A stretch of 64,000 nt of DNA, taken from assembly GCA_963738405.1 (NCBI GenBank), contig CAVTWJ010000009.1, forward strand, positions 192,001-256,000. The letters run 5' to 3'. This DNA comes from a candidate division FCPU426 bacterium (GTDB lineage Bacteria; Oederibacteriota; Muellerivitia; Muellerivitales; Muellerivitaceae). Shown here piece after piece: positions 49,335 to 57,521 of this stretch. Under the pieces are notes generated by a model. The model searched no databases. It saw nothing but the letters and a program-made list of their open reading frames with translations, and was not told the DNA's origin. Numbering within the stretch: the first letter of the stretch is position 1; every line of letters begins with the position of its first letter. Made by a program: the position numbers and the translations under genes.

Positions 49335-50048
49335 TTAGGGATTGGAAACGACAGGTGTCATTTTAATCGCAAGACTATCCACCGCATTGCCTGACTTCAA
49401 AGCTAAACTGAGCTTGGTGGGGAGCTGTTGCGAATCCTTCAAGGCCTGTGCCGCTCGTTCCTGGTCAATCTCGCCCTGTCTTTGGGCGATTTCCCGCCGC
49501 AGGGACTGCAGGAGATCCTGGACGTTGCCCTTGACCACGTCGGAGGCGATGAAGGCCGGAGCCGAAAAATTTTGTGCCGCGTCGAGGCTGTAAATCACTT
49601 CCAGTCCGTGTCCCAGTGAAGAAGGCGTAATACTCCAACTGCCTTGATAGACATTGAAATCCTGGTGGCTGGTATCGGTAAAGAAGATGGTATCGGTTTG
49701 GGGCTGCTCATGCACATTCATTAAAAGACGTATACGCTTCGAGAAAAACAGAAAGCCTCCCTCGCCTTCCTGGCGAAGAACCAAGTCGTTGGTATCGCGG
49801 CTTTCCACATGGCTGATTTTCATGCTGTGAACAAAATCGGGGATATGATCGTAATTGGTCAGGATGTCCCAGGCGGTCTGCTTATCGGCATCCACAAAAA
49901 AAGAGCCCTCGACCTTGTAATGGCCGTAGCCCTCGTAGAAAGCTAGTGAGATATCATCGGCAGCGGCGCCTGTGCCGCAGGAGAGCACGACACAGGCGAC
50001 TGCCATTACAGCCCTGAGGAGGTATGTGCTGAGGCTTTTTCCCCTCAT
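49335..50048 (-). CDS. Exported SRPBCC (START/polyketide cyclase-like) protein
   Basis: Signal-like N-terminus; AWDILTNYDHIPDFV.SMKIS, DFNVYQGSW, ..LLQSLRRE. Confidence 0.8.
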   Translation of the reverse strand: MRGKSLSTYLLRAVMAVACVVLSCGTGAAADDISLAFYEGYGHYKVEGSFFVDADKQTAWDILTNYDHIPDFVHSMKISHVESRDTNDLVLRQEGEGGFLFFSKRIRLLMNVHEQPQTDTIFFTDTSHQDFNVYQGSWSITPSSLGHGLEVIYSLDAAQNFSAPAFIASDVVKGNVQDLLQSLRREIAQRQGEIDQERAAQALKDSQQLPTKLSLALKSGNAVDSLAIKMTPVVSNP

Positions 50049-50062
50049 GGCTTCCTCTTTTC

Positions 50063-51511
50063 TTAGAACATCAACTGGAACTGCATCCGACCCATCGGAA
50101 CCAATCCCTCGCGGAAGTTGCCGCCGTTAACGCCGGAAGCGGCCGAACCGGGCATTTCGGTTACCAGGTAGGTACCGTCGTCGCTCGGAACCGCCGGGGT
50201 GTTGATCATGAACATGGTCTCGGCGACCAGTTTGCAATCGGCGTTCATGTGCCAGGTGATGGACGGGATCGTAAGTTCATAGATAGGGGTACTGTCCGTG
50301 AAGATGGGGGCGTAACCGGTGGCTGGCGTGGCGGCCAATCCGTTGGCCTTACGGTTCGCATAGGCACCCACCATGCTGGTGTCGGGGATGGCCATCGCGA
50401 AACGGCCTGCGAATTCCCAGGGGTTGTCACCCACGGAAGCCTCGACCATACCGCCGCCGACATTGAGGGCGTATTGCTGGCCAGGGAGAACCGCTTGACC
50501 CGCGAGGGTGGTCGTTTGCGTCTCGAAAAGCATGGCTTGAGGGACGGTCATATCGTAATGCTCGATCATGGCCATACCGGTCAAGGTGAAGGTCGTGTCA
50601 TTCATGGGCGTACGTAATTGGAAGTCCATTCCGGCCTGCCAATAATTGGCCGTGACTGGGCTCGCGCCCGCGGCTGACAGGTAAGGGTTGAAGACCGAGG
50701 AGTTGAGCACGTTCCCATAAAGGTTATTGTTGGCGTTGAAGGTGGCCAAGTATCCGCCGCCCAAGCCCAAGTCGTTGCTATGACCCGCGTTTTGATCGGC
50801 GGAATAGTAACCGTTCAAGTGAATGGCAAACTCGGTTTTAGTCGGTTTGTCAAAGCCGGTTTCGGCTGGCTTGAAAGGATTGTCCGTAATCCCGTCGTTG
50901 TACCCAATGCGCAAGAAGATCGGGGTCGGGAAATTCAGGATCTCAGGCAAGTAACGCTGGGGAAGGTCCGGAGCGCCTTGGACCAAGCCGCCCTGGAAAT
51001 CCAGTTCCCCGAGATGGCCGTAAAGCGCCACGCCGCAGTCGTATCCCTGGTTGAAGAACAGGTTGTAAAGGGGGGATTTCTCAGTGAAGAGCATGTTCCC
51101 TTCGTAAACGGCGCTTTCCAGGTTGCCCGGCATCTTGAACTGACCGATTTTCACAGTGGCCATGTCGGGAATCAGGGGAATATCCACGTTAGCATCGTAA
51201 AGGTTCAACACGCCGTTGGACCCGTTGGTCCCGCTGGCGGGCGTCTCACCGCCGAACTCCACCTCGAAATCCCACTTGTAGCCCTTGTAGTCTCCCGTTG
51301 TGAAGAGGCGGTCTGACTCGTTCCACAGGAACAACCTAAAATGGTCGCGAACCGGATCGGAAGTGACCAATTCCGCCGCGCCCATCAATTGAATGCGACC
51401 CCCGAAATCCAAATCGAGGTCGTCGTTCTTAAAAATCTCTGCGGCATGGGCGCGGGGCATAAAGCCCAGCAGCAACAGGGCCGCCATCATCACTTTCTGA
51501 AAAGTTTTCAT
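50063..51511 (-). CDS. Outer-membrane porin (OprO/P-like beta-barrel)
   Basis: Signal peptide ..AHA; FGGRIQ, LYDANVD, KIGQFKMP, C-terminal RMQFQLMF ending in Phe. Confidence 0.75.
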   Translation of the reverse strand: MKTFQKVMMAALLLLGFMPRAHAAEIFKNDDLDLDFGGRIQLMGAAELVTSDPVRDHFRLFLWNESDRLFTTGDYKGYKWDFEVEFGGETPASGTNGSNGVLNLYDANVDIPLIPDMATVKIGQFKMPGNLESAVYEGNMLFTEKSPLYNLFFNQGYDCGVALYGHLGELDFQGGLVQGAPDLPQRYLPEILNFPTPIFLRIGYNDGITDNPFKPAETGFDKPTKTEFAIHLNGYYSADQNAGHSNDLGLGGGYLATFNANNNLYGNVLNSSVFNPYLSAAGASPVTANYWQAGMDFQLRTPMNDTTFTLTGMAMIEHYDMTVPQAMLFETQTTTLAGQAVLPGQQYALNVGGGMVEASVGDNPWEFAGRFAMAIPDTSMVGAYANRKANGLAATPATGYAPIFTDSTPIYELTIPSITWHMNADCKLVAETMFMINTPAVPSDDGTYLVTEMPGSAASGVNGGNFREGLVPMGRMQFQLMF

Positions 51512-51645
51512 TTCTGCTCCTCCTGTTTTTTTAACTGCTCTTCGGGCTTGGTTTTTGGGGCCATCCCTCCCCGTCGCGAAACCTGTCCGAAGTCCTTCTA
51601 TCTTCCGAGCCCCCTCAGGGAGAAAGCTCGGGTCTTCGCTCTCAA

Positions 51646-52431
51646 TTACTTTGCCGCGGCGTCCTGCGCGATGGCGAATAACACGTCATAGTGAATCTCA
51701 ATCTCGTCCGTGCATTTGATGGAAGTGACCAAAAGGTTGAAGACGGGCGGCGTGATTTTGTAATCGGTCATCTTCAGCTTCTGGACGCCTTTGACCCTTA
51801 TGACCCCGTCCTTAACCGTGGCTTCGGCGGTCAAGACAATCGGCTGGGTCACGCCCGAGATAGCCAAGGAACCCTTGGCGGTCATCACGTAGCTAGCGGC
51901 GTCTTTGCCCGCTTCTAAAGTTTCACTGGTCAAGGTGAAGTTGATATCAGGATTCTGGGACGTGTTGAGGGCTTTGTAAGCGTTATCGTCCAAACCCGAT
52001 TCTTTCGATTTCAACAGGGTGACGGGCACAGTCAATGCCATGGTCTCAGCCTTGCCGGCTTTCAAGGCCGCCAAAATTCCATCGTCGGTCTTGAGGGCCG
52101 TGGGTTTGGCCTTGAGAACTGCCGAGCCTTGGAGTGACTTGGCGCCCATTTCATATTTATGAAGGGTGGAATCGCCCAACAGATAAAGAACGCTGCCGGG
52201 TTGGATCGCCAGAAGAACCGATCCGGCCTTGGCGGTGACGCTCGCGACCGGACCCAGGATAGTCGCGGGCCGCTCGGTGATCGGTGGCACGGCGGTTCCG
52301 GACATCAATTGGTTTCCGGTCCAGGCGCTTTTGGTTGGAGCGGGTGCCGGGGTGGAATCAGCCCATAGGGCCGGAGTTGAAAGGGCGGCTAGGCCCATCA
52401 TCCCAATGAAGGCTTGTTTGATTTTTTTCAT
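51646..52431 (-). CDS. YceI-family lipid/isoprenoid-binding periplasmic protein
   Basis: Signal peptide; GDSTLH, LKS..GLDDNAYKAL..NPDINF, GSLAISGVTQPI, LKMTDYKITPP. Confidence 0.85.
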   Translation of the reverse strand: MKKIKQAFIGMMGLAALSTPALWADSTPAPAPTKSAWTGNQLMSGTAVPPITERPATILGPVASVTAKAGSVLLAIQPGSVLYLLGDSTLHKYEMGAKSLQGSAVLKAKPTALKTDDGILAALKAGKAETMALTVPVTLLKSKESGLDDNAYKALNTSQNPDINFTLTSETLEAGKDAASYVMTAKGSLAISGVTQPIVLTAEATVKDGVIRVKGVQKLKMTDYKITPPVFNLLVTSIKCTDEIEIHYDVLFAIAQDAAAK

Positions 52432-52526
52432 TTCTGTTTCTCCTCGTTTTTTAAACCGTATTAAATTTCACTTCAGCCCAACCTCAAAAATTCTTTTCTC
52501 TCTTATCGGTTGGCATTTACTTGTAG

Positions 52527-52543
52527 AGCAAGGAGGGTGCCAG
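52527..52543 (-). promoter_or_regulatory. Sigma54 (-24/-12) promoter of the yceI-porin-SRPBCC operon
   Basis: Minus strand CTGGCAC-CCTCC-TTGCT matches TGGCAC-N5-TTGCW exactly; about 95 bp upstream of the ATG. Confidence 0.75.
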
Positions 52544-52819
52544 CAGAAAAACCGGGGGAAAGTAAGAATTTTTGAAAGAAATCATTAATAAGGTTATGGG
52601 GGCATGGAGAGAACGCTATGGCGCGAACACCATAGTTCGGGATTAGTACCCCGGAATAGGTTTGAGGGAAAATGTTTGTAGGTTGATTTGCGAATTTAAG
52701 TTTCATGGCTCTCTCGTTGATCTCAAAGCGGTCTTTCGGATTTGCGAATTCAACTACACTACTCATCCGCTGGTCGATGGCTTGTTGATTGTGTTTTAAA
52801 GGTGTTCTTGAATTTGTTA

Positions 52820-52908
52820 TGTGACCTACGTCACACTGGGAAAAATTTATTAAAAAAATCTAATTAAACGGTAAGTAAGTCACCTTTGGTAATGTGACGC
52901 AGATCATA
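52820..52908. promoter_or_regulatory. Two CRP-like / enhancer-like palindromes
   Basis: TGTGA-CCTACG-TCACA at 52820-52835 (perfect TGTGA-N6-TCACA) and TGTGA-CGCAGA-TCATA at 52893-52908. Confidence 0.6.
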
Positions 52909-53075
52909 ATATCCGTCATAGATACTAAGTAACCAATGGAAAGGGCCGAAAAGATTGTAAAAAAGGTTCCATATCAGATTGAGAGGGTCTACTCGAAAGA
53001 GGGATATTCGCTTATTTTGATGCGGCCGCAGTTGAGCTGGAACGGTGAAGGGCAAATGAAAGGTAAAGCTGGATC

Positions 53076-53408
53076 ATGACAGGATCATGGGTTGGGAAAG
53101 TTCCTTGGATAAAGTTTTTTTTGCTTTGGGGTCTTGCGATTTTGATGGGTGGGTCGCTTCTTTGGCTCCATTGGGGTTTTACTTCCCAAGTGCTCCCGCC
53201 CCTTATGGGATTAACCCTGATCGCGGGTTGCGGCCTTCTTTGGGCCACCAGCAGGCCCCAATGGCAAAAGACCTATTGTGGCTGGTGCGGAAAAAGCGTC
53301 AAGGCCCACTCCTCCCGAAGAGATGAAAAGGGAAAGGGTTGGGTTTTAGTATATTTATGCGCTTCTTGCGGGCAGGTCACCGAGAAGATTTCAGGTTCTA
53401 AAAAGTAA
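53076..53408 (+). CDS. Small two-TM protein with a C-terminal zinc ribbon
   Basis: Two hydrophobic helices, then CGWCG ... CASCG. Confidence 0.6.
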   Translation: MTGSWVGKVPWIKFFLLWGLAILMGGSLLWLHWGFTSQVLPPLMGLTLIAGCGLLWATSRPQWQKTYCGWCGKSVKAHSSRRDEKGKGWVLVYLCASCGQVTEKISGSKK

Positions 53409-53469
53409 AATATTTATTCGAGAAATTCGAATAGCAGGGCAAGGAAAAGCCGCCGTTTGAAAATAAGCT

Positions 53470-54126
53470 ATGATATATGAAGCTTATCCAGAGGAATTTC
53501 CGAGGTTAGATTCAATGGCCGCAGAAAAATCAAGTACAAGCGAAAGGTCGCCTTTCCGGCTTCTATTCTTTGAAGCGCTGGCCCTGGGCGGTTATCTTTA
53601 CGTGCGGTCCCACCCCATTGCCCAACCCCTTTGGGACCTGAATTTTCGCTATAACGCCCTGGTTTTTCTTGCGGCCTATCCCATCCTTTTCGTTTACCGC
53701 TGGAAAGTGGCGAGCGGATGCTTAGGAATGATTCTTTGGCCCTTGAGTTATGTTTTGAGTCTGGCCTTAGGAATCTCCTGCTATCTTTGGCTGGCCTGCG
53801 GCTTTTATTATTTAGGTAGCCCCTTTTATACCAGCCTGACCCGGCACGAAATTGTCCTGGGGATACTGTTTACGCTAGTTTACTTTCCTTTACTTCAGCC
53901 GATCCTGGGTATTGGGAAAAGATATTTTTCCATTACGAAGGTTTTTGGAATCCTGCTCTTCTCGGTTTTTGGCGGATTCTTGGGTTACCTTCTTGGCCAG
54001 TTCATCATCAAGAAGGCTGGGATGCCTTCCGGGGATAATGGTCTTTTGTTTCTCCTATGGCTTGCTCTCATTTTAATAGGAGCCGCAGTGGGAGCCTTAG
54101 GCGCCCAGCGCAAGGGAAGCGATTGA
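53470..54126 (+). CDS. Hypothetical polytopic membrane protein
   Basis: About six hydrophobic segments; start may be the downstream ATG at 53515. Confidence 0.6.
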   Translation: MIYEAYPEEFPRLDSMAAEKSSTSERSPFRLLFFEALALGGYLYVRSHPIAQPLWDLNFRYNALVFLAAYPILFVYRWKVASGCLGMILWPLSYVLSLALGISCYLWLACGFYYLGSPFYTSLTRHEIVLGILFTLVYFPLLQPILGIGKRYFSITKVFGILLFSVFGGFLGYLLGQFIIKKAGMPSGDNGLLFLLWLALILIGAAVGALGAQRKGSD

Positions 54127-54200
54127 AAGCATTCATGACGCAAGTCATGGCCGCTTGAAGTAAGAAAGTCTAATATAAGTTCCTGTTAGAGGCCTGTTTG

Positions 54201-54229
54201 TTGACACGTTAGAGATAGAGGGATAGGCT
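54201..54229 (+). promoter_or_regulatory. Sigma70 promoter of the copper-efflux locus, likely leaderless
   Basis: TTGACA-N17-TAGGCT; the ATG at 54237 follows the -10 element after 7 nt and has no RBS. Confidence 0.6.
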
Positions 54230-54236
54230 TAAAGAC

Positions 54237-54593
54237 ATGAAGCGAATAACTTCCATCCTTAATCGAATGTTTCTGGTGACAGGGTTATTGATTGCATTAA
54301 CTCCTTGTGGCTCTTGCCACGCGTCTTCTATGACCCAGGCTTCCGCCTGTTCTATGGCCCATATGGACGGGATGAAATGCTGCGGGCAAGGCCCGTCTCA
54401 CAAAGCCCATAACCCCTTTTGCAAGGTCATGGATCAATCTTCCCTCCAGATTTCAGGAGCCCATTTGAATGTTGCCGATGTTCCGGCCGTTTCTTTCGTC
54501 GGCTTTTTGCCTTCCGTTTCCCGGATGGCAAGCTTTTCGCATCAGCCTCTTTTCGATACATCCCCCCCCAAGCCGCTCGTTCTCCGCATCTGA
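54237..54593 (+). CDS. Cys/His/Met-rich small protein (DUF2946-like candidate leader ORF)
   Basis: N-terminal hydrophobic helix, CGSCH, CSMAHMDGMKCC, C-terminal DTSPP...LRI. Confidence 0.6.
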   Translation: MKRITSILNRMFLVTGLLIALTPCGSCHASSMTQASACSMAHMDGMKCCGQGPSHKAHNPFCKVMDQSSLQISGAHLNVADVPAVSFVGFLPSVSRMASFSHQPLFDTSPPKPLVLRI

Positions 54594-54757
54594 AAATTCT
54601 CTAAAACCAGCCATAGGCCCTGTGGAATGGCCTATGGCGCTTTCGCGCGTCCATTAAAGGGCGCTCCAAGTCTTTTTCGTTCCGCAATTCAAGAGCAGGG
54701 GGATGCCTAACGCAAACCCCATATGAACCATTCGTTTTTAACTTAAGGAGAATCGTC

Positions 54758-55102
54758 ATGAAAACTTTAACTTTCGCTTTGGCAGTAGCTTTGATCCTTG
54801 GAACCACCACCTTCAGCTTTGCGGGGAACCATCCGGCTGTAACATATCCGGCAGGCAAGTTCGCTACGACTGGAGGGAATACGCAGGTTACCCCTTGGAA
54901 CAAGGGATCACTGCAATATCCGGGAGGCGTTGTTGTGGCCAAGGCCGAAAACGGGGTTTGTCCGGTAATGGGCCACAAAATAACCTCGAAGCATAATGCG
55001 GTAGTTGTCTTGTCTAACGGCAAACACATGACCTTGTGCTGTGTGCCATGCAAGCAAAGCGTCGAGCAGAATTTGGCGAAGTACCAGGACCTGATGTACT
55101 AA
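54758..55102 (+). CDS. Exported YHS/TRASH-like metal-binding protein
   Basis: AAGGAG RBS, signal peptide, CPVMG ... LCCVPCK. Confidence 0.75.
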   Translation: MKTLTFALAVALILGTTTFSFAGNHPAVTYPAGKFATTGGNTQVTPWNKGSLQYPGGVVVAKAENGVCPVMGHKITSKHNAVVVLSNGKHMTLCCVPCKQSVEQNLAKYQDLMY

Positions 55103-55174
55103 AAGCAGAAGGAGCTTCATGGCGGAGCGCTATTAAAAACGCTCCGCTTGGCTTCCTAACTTGTTCAAGGGGAA

Positions 55175-56470
55175 TTGAAAATGAGATTAAAAATATTCAT
55201 GACCTTCGTGTTCCTTGGGGAATGCATTATTCCTACGAGGGGTTGGTCGCAGACGGCTGAAATGCAAGGGATGAATCATGGCATCGAGGGAAATTCCTCA
55301 ACGATTTCCCTGACGCTTTCCAAGGCTGAGGAACTGGCGTTGTCCGGCAACCCGCACATCAAGGCGGCGGATGACCGGGCTCAAGCCTCGGGGGACCGGG
55401 TTTTACCCGCCCTTTTTCCGGACGATCCCATGTTCGAAATTGATAATACCGTCCCAGGGATGGACCAATGGATGATCGAGGAAAAACTGGGTTTTCCCGG
55501 TAAGGGCATCGCCCAGGCGGACGTGAACGGAGCGGAAGCCAAAAAGTCGCAGGCGGAAGCTTCCGTGGAACGGCGGTCCATTGTGCTTCAGGCACGCCAG
55601 GCCTTTTGGGAATTTTACTACCGCCAGAAAGTCGACGGCCTTTTGCAAGAGGCGGAAAAAAACTGGAAGGGCTTAAGCCAGTTGATGGAATCCAAAGAAC
55701 TCAGCGGCCAGTGGCTTTCGGTGAAAACAATCAGTATGCAGATGGAAATGGCTAAGGCGGTGAACGAACTCATCACCAATAGCCGGGCCCTCAAGGTTTC
55801 ACAGTTCAACTTGAACCATCTATTCAGCCTGCCCCACGGGACCCTTTACACGATCCCCGATGACGTGTCCGTTTCTCCCTTCACGGGGAAGGAAGAGGAT
55901 TACGTGCAAAAGGCCCTTTCGCATAATTCCGAAATCGAAGTTTACCAGGACGCTGTCCAAGCCCAACAGGCAAGTCAAAGCCTGGCGGATTTTGATTACC
56001 TCCCGGACTTTGATGTTTGGGTCTCGGGGGTAAGGCGGCCCGACGGAGGATTTTCCGATTACGGCTACCGCTTGGGGATCAGCCTGCCGATTTTCTTTGC
56101 CGCTAAACAAAGCCCAGCTGCGGGGGCCGCCGCCGAAGAGGTTTCAGCCGCCCGTTACGATCTAAAGGGCAAACAAAACGAAGTGATTCACATGGTGGAA
56201 GACGCATTCGTCAACGCTGAATCGGCTTGGCGCCTCGTAAGGCTTTATGAAGAAGGCGGGCTATTGAGGCAAACCCAAAAGGCATGGGCCTCCACCCAGC
56301 TGGCTTATCGTAACGAAGAAATACCCCTCGCCGAATTCGTTGAGAACTACAACATCTACCTGGAAACTTTTCGAAGCTATTACCAATCCCAGGCCGATTA
56401 CGGAAAGGCCCTGGCGGAGTTGGATTACCAAACCGGGGAATTAAAAGGAGACAGCCATGAAAACCAATAA
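55175..56470 (+). CDS. TolC-family outer-membrane efflux protein (CusC-like)
   Basis: ALSGNP, PDDPM..LGFPGK, YLPDF, GISLPIF, helical heptads; upstream of the adaptor and RND genes. Confidence 0.85.
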   Translation: MKMRLKIFMTFVFLGECIIPTRGWSQTAEMQGMNHGIEGNSSTISLTLSKAEELALSGNPHIKAADDRAQASGDRVLPALFPDDPMFEIDNTVPGMDQWMIEEKLGFPGKGIAQADVNGAEAKKSQAEASVERRSIVLQARQAFWEFYYRQKVDGLLQEAEKNWKGLSQLMESKELSGQWLSVKTISMQMEMAKAVNELITNSRALKVSQFNLNHLFSLPHGTLYTIPDDVSVSPFTGKEEDYVQKALSHNSEIEVYQDAVQAQQASQSLADFDYLPDFDVWVSGVRRPDGGFSDYGYRLGISLPIFFAAKQSPAAGAAAEEVSAARYDLKGKQNEVIHMVEDAFVNAESAWRLVRLYEEGGLLRQTQKAWASTQLAYRNEEIPLAEFVENYNIYLETFRSYYQSQADYGKALAELDYQTGELKGDSHENQ

Positions 56471-57512
56471 ATCGAAAAGGATTTTTCTGTTAAGCCTGCT
56501 GTTGGCGGCGTCCGCGGGAACCCTGGTTTTTGGGGGATGCGGAAAAAACCCAGGTTCCACCCAGGCCCAAGCCAAGGCAACTATCTATACCTGTGTCATG
56601 CACCACCAGATCCGCCGAGACAAACCGGGGGATTGCCCCATCTGCGGGATGACGTTGGTTCCATTGGAACAAGTCACGGGAGAATCCGCAGCGACAACCA
56701 TCCTTGCGGCGGAATCAGGGCCGGTCAGTGAAAAAAAGATCAAGTATTGGGCCAATCCAATGGACCCAGCTCAACACAGCCGCAAATCGATGAAAGATGA
56801 CATGGGGATGGATTACATCCCGGTTTACGAAGATGGCTCGGCGGCGGCCGGGAATGCGCCCGAAGCACTCAAGGGGTTGGCGGTCGTTCAAATTAGCCCC
56901 TACAAACAGCAGTTGATCGGGGTGAGGTTCGCGGCGGTTCAAAAGGCCCCCATCACCCGGGTAATCCATACGGGGGGGCGCTTCGCGGGGGGCGAGGGCG
57001 ACTTCGCGGCCATGGCGGGCGATTTCGCAGCGAGAAATTCACTCCAGTCTTCAGGGCGTTACGTCGTGGCCGATGTCTACGCGCTGGATCTGCCCTTCGT
57101 GAAGGCCGGGCAGAAGGCGGTCGTGACCTCCATGAGTGGTTCGGGGGAAAGGGTGGAAGGGAAGATCACCCACATTTACCCCTACGACGAAACCCAGTCC
57201 CGGGTGACAAGGGTCAAGATCACACTGGACAAGCCCATGGCGGCAGGTCTTTTCGCCAACGTGGATATCGAAGCGGTCGCCGGGCCCTTTTTATGCGTGC
57301 CGCCCTCGGCGGTCATGGATACGGGCACCCACCGTTATGTCTTTGTCCAAACCGAACCCGGAACCTTTTCTCCCCGTGAAGTCACGGTGGGCACCCAGGG
57401 AACCGATTTATGGGAAGTGACTTCGGGTTTAAAAGAAGGCGAAAAGGTCGTCGATGGGGCGAATTTCCTCATCGATTCCGATTCCAAAATCACATCGTCT
57501 TTCGCCGAATAA
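56457..57512 (+). CDS. cusB: CusB-like periplasmic adaptor with heavy-metal-binding domains, internally shortened
   Basis: YTCVMH..PGDCPICGMTL and YWANPMDP..DDMGMDYIPVY; ADVY..IYP..TRV; VPPSAVMDTG; NFLIDSDS. Confidence 0.8.
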   Translation: MKTNKSKRIFLLSLLLAASAGTLVFGGCGKNPGSTQAQAKATIYTCVMHHQIRRDKPGDCPICGMTLVPLEQVTGESAATTILAAESGPVSEKKIKYWANPMDPAQHSRKSMKDDMGMDYIPVYEDGSAAAGNAPEALKGLAVVQISPYKQQLIGVRFAAVQKAPITRVIHTGGRFAGGEGDFAAMAGDFAARNSLQSSGRYVVADVYALDLPFVKAGQKAVVTSMSGSGERVEGKITHIYPYDETQSRVTRVKITLDKPMAAGLFANVDIEAVAGPFLCVPPSAVMDTGTHRYVFVQTEPGTFSPREVTVGTQGTDLWEVTSGLKEGEKVVDGANFLIDSDSKITSSFAE

Positions 57513-57521
57513 GGGGAAAAC

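Noticed and set aside
52503..52766. 87-aa minus-strand ORF upstream of yceI
   Set aside because: No motif or clear RBS, and it runs through the sigma54 promoter.
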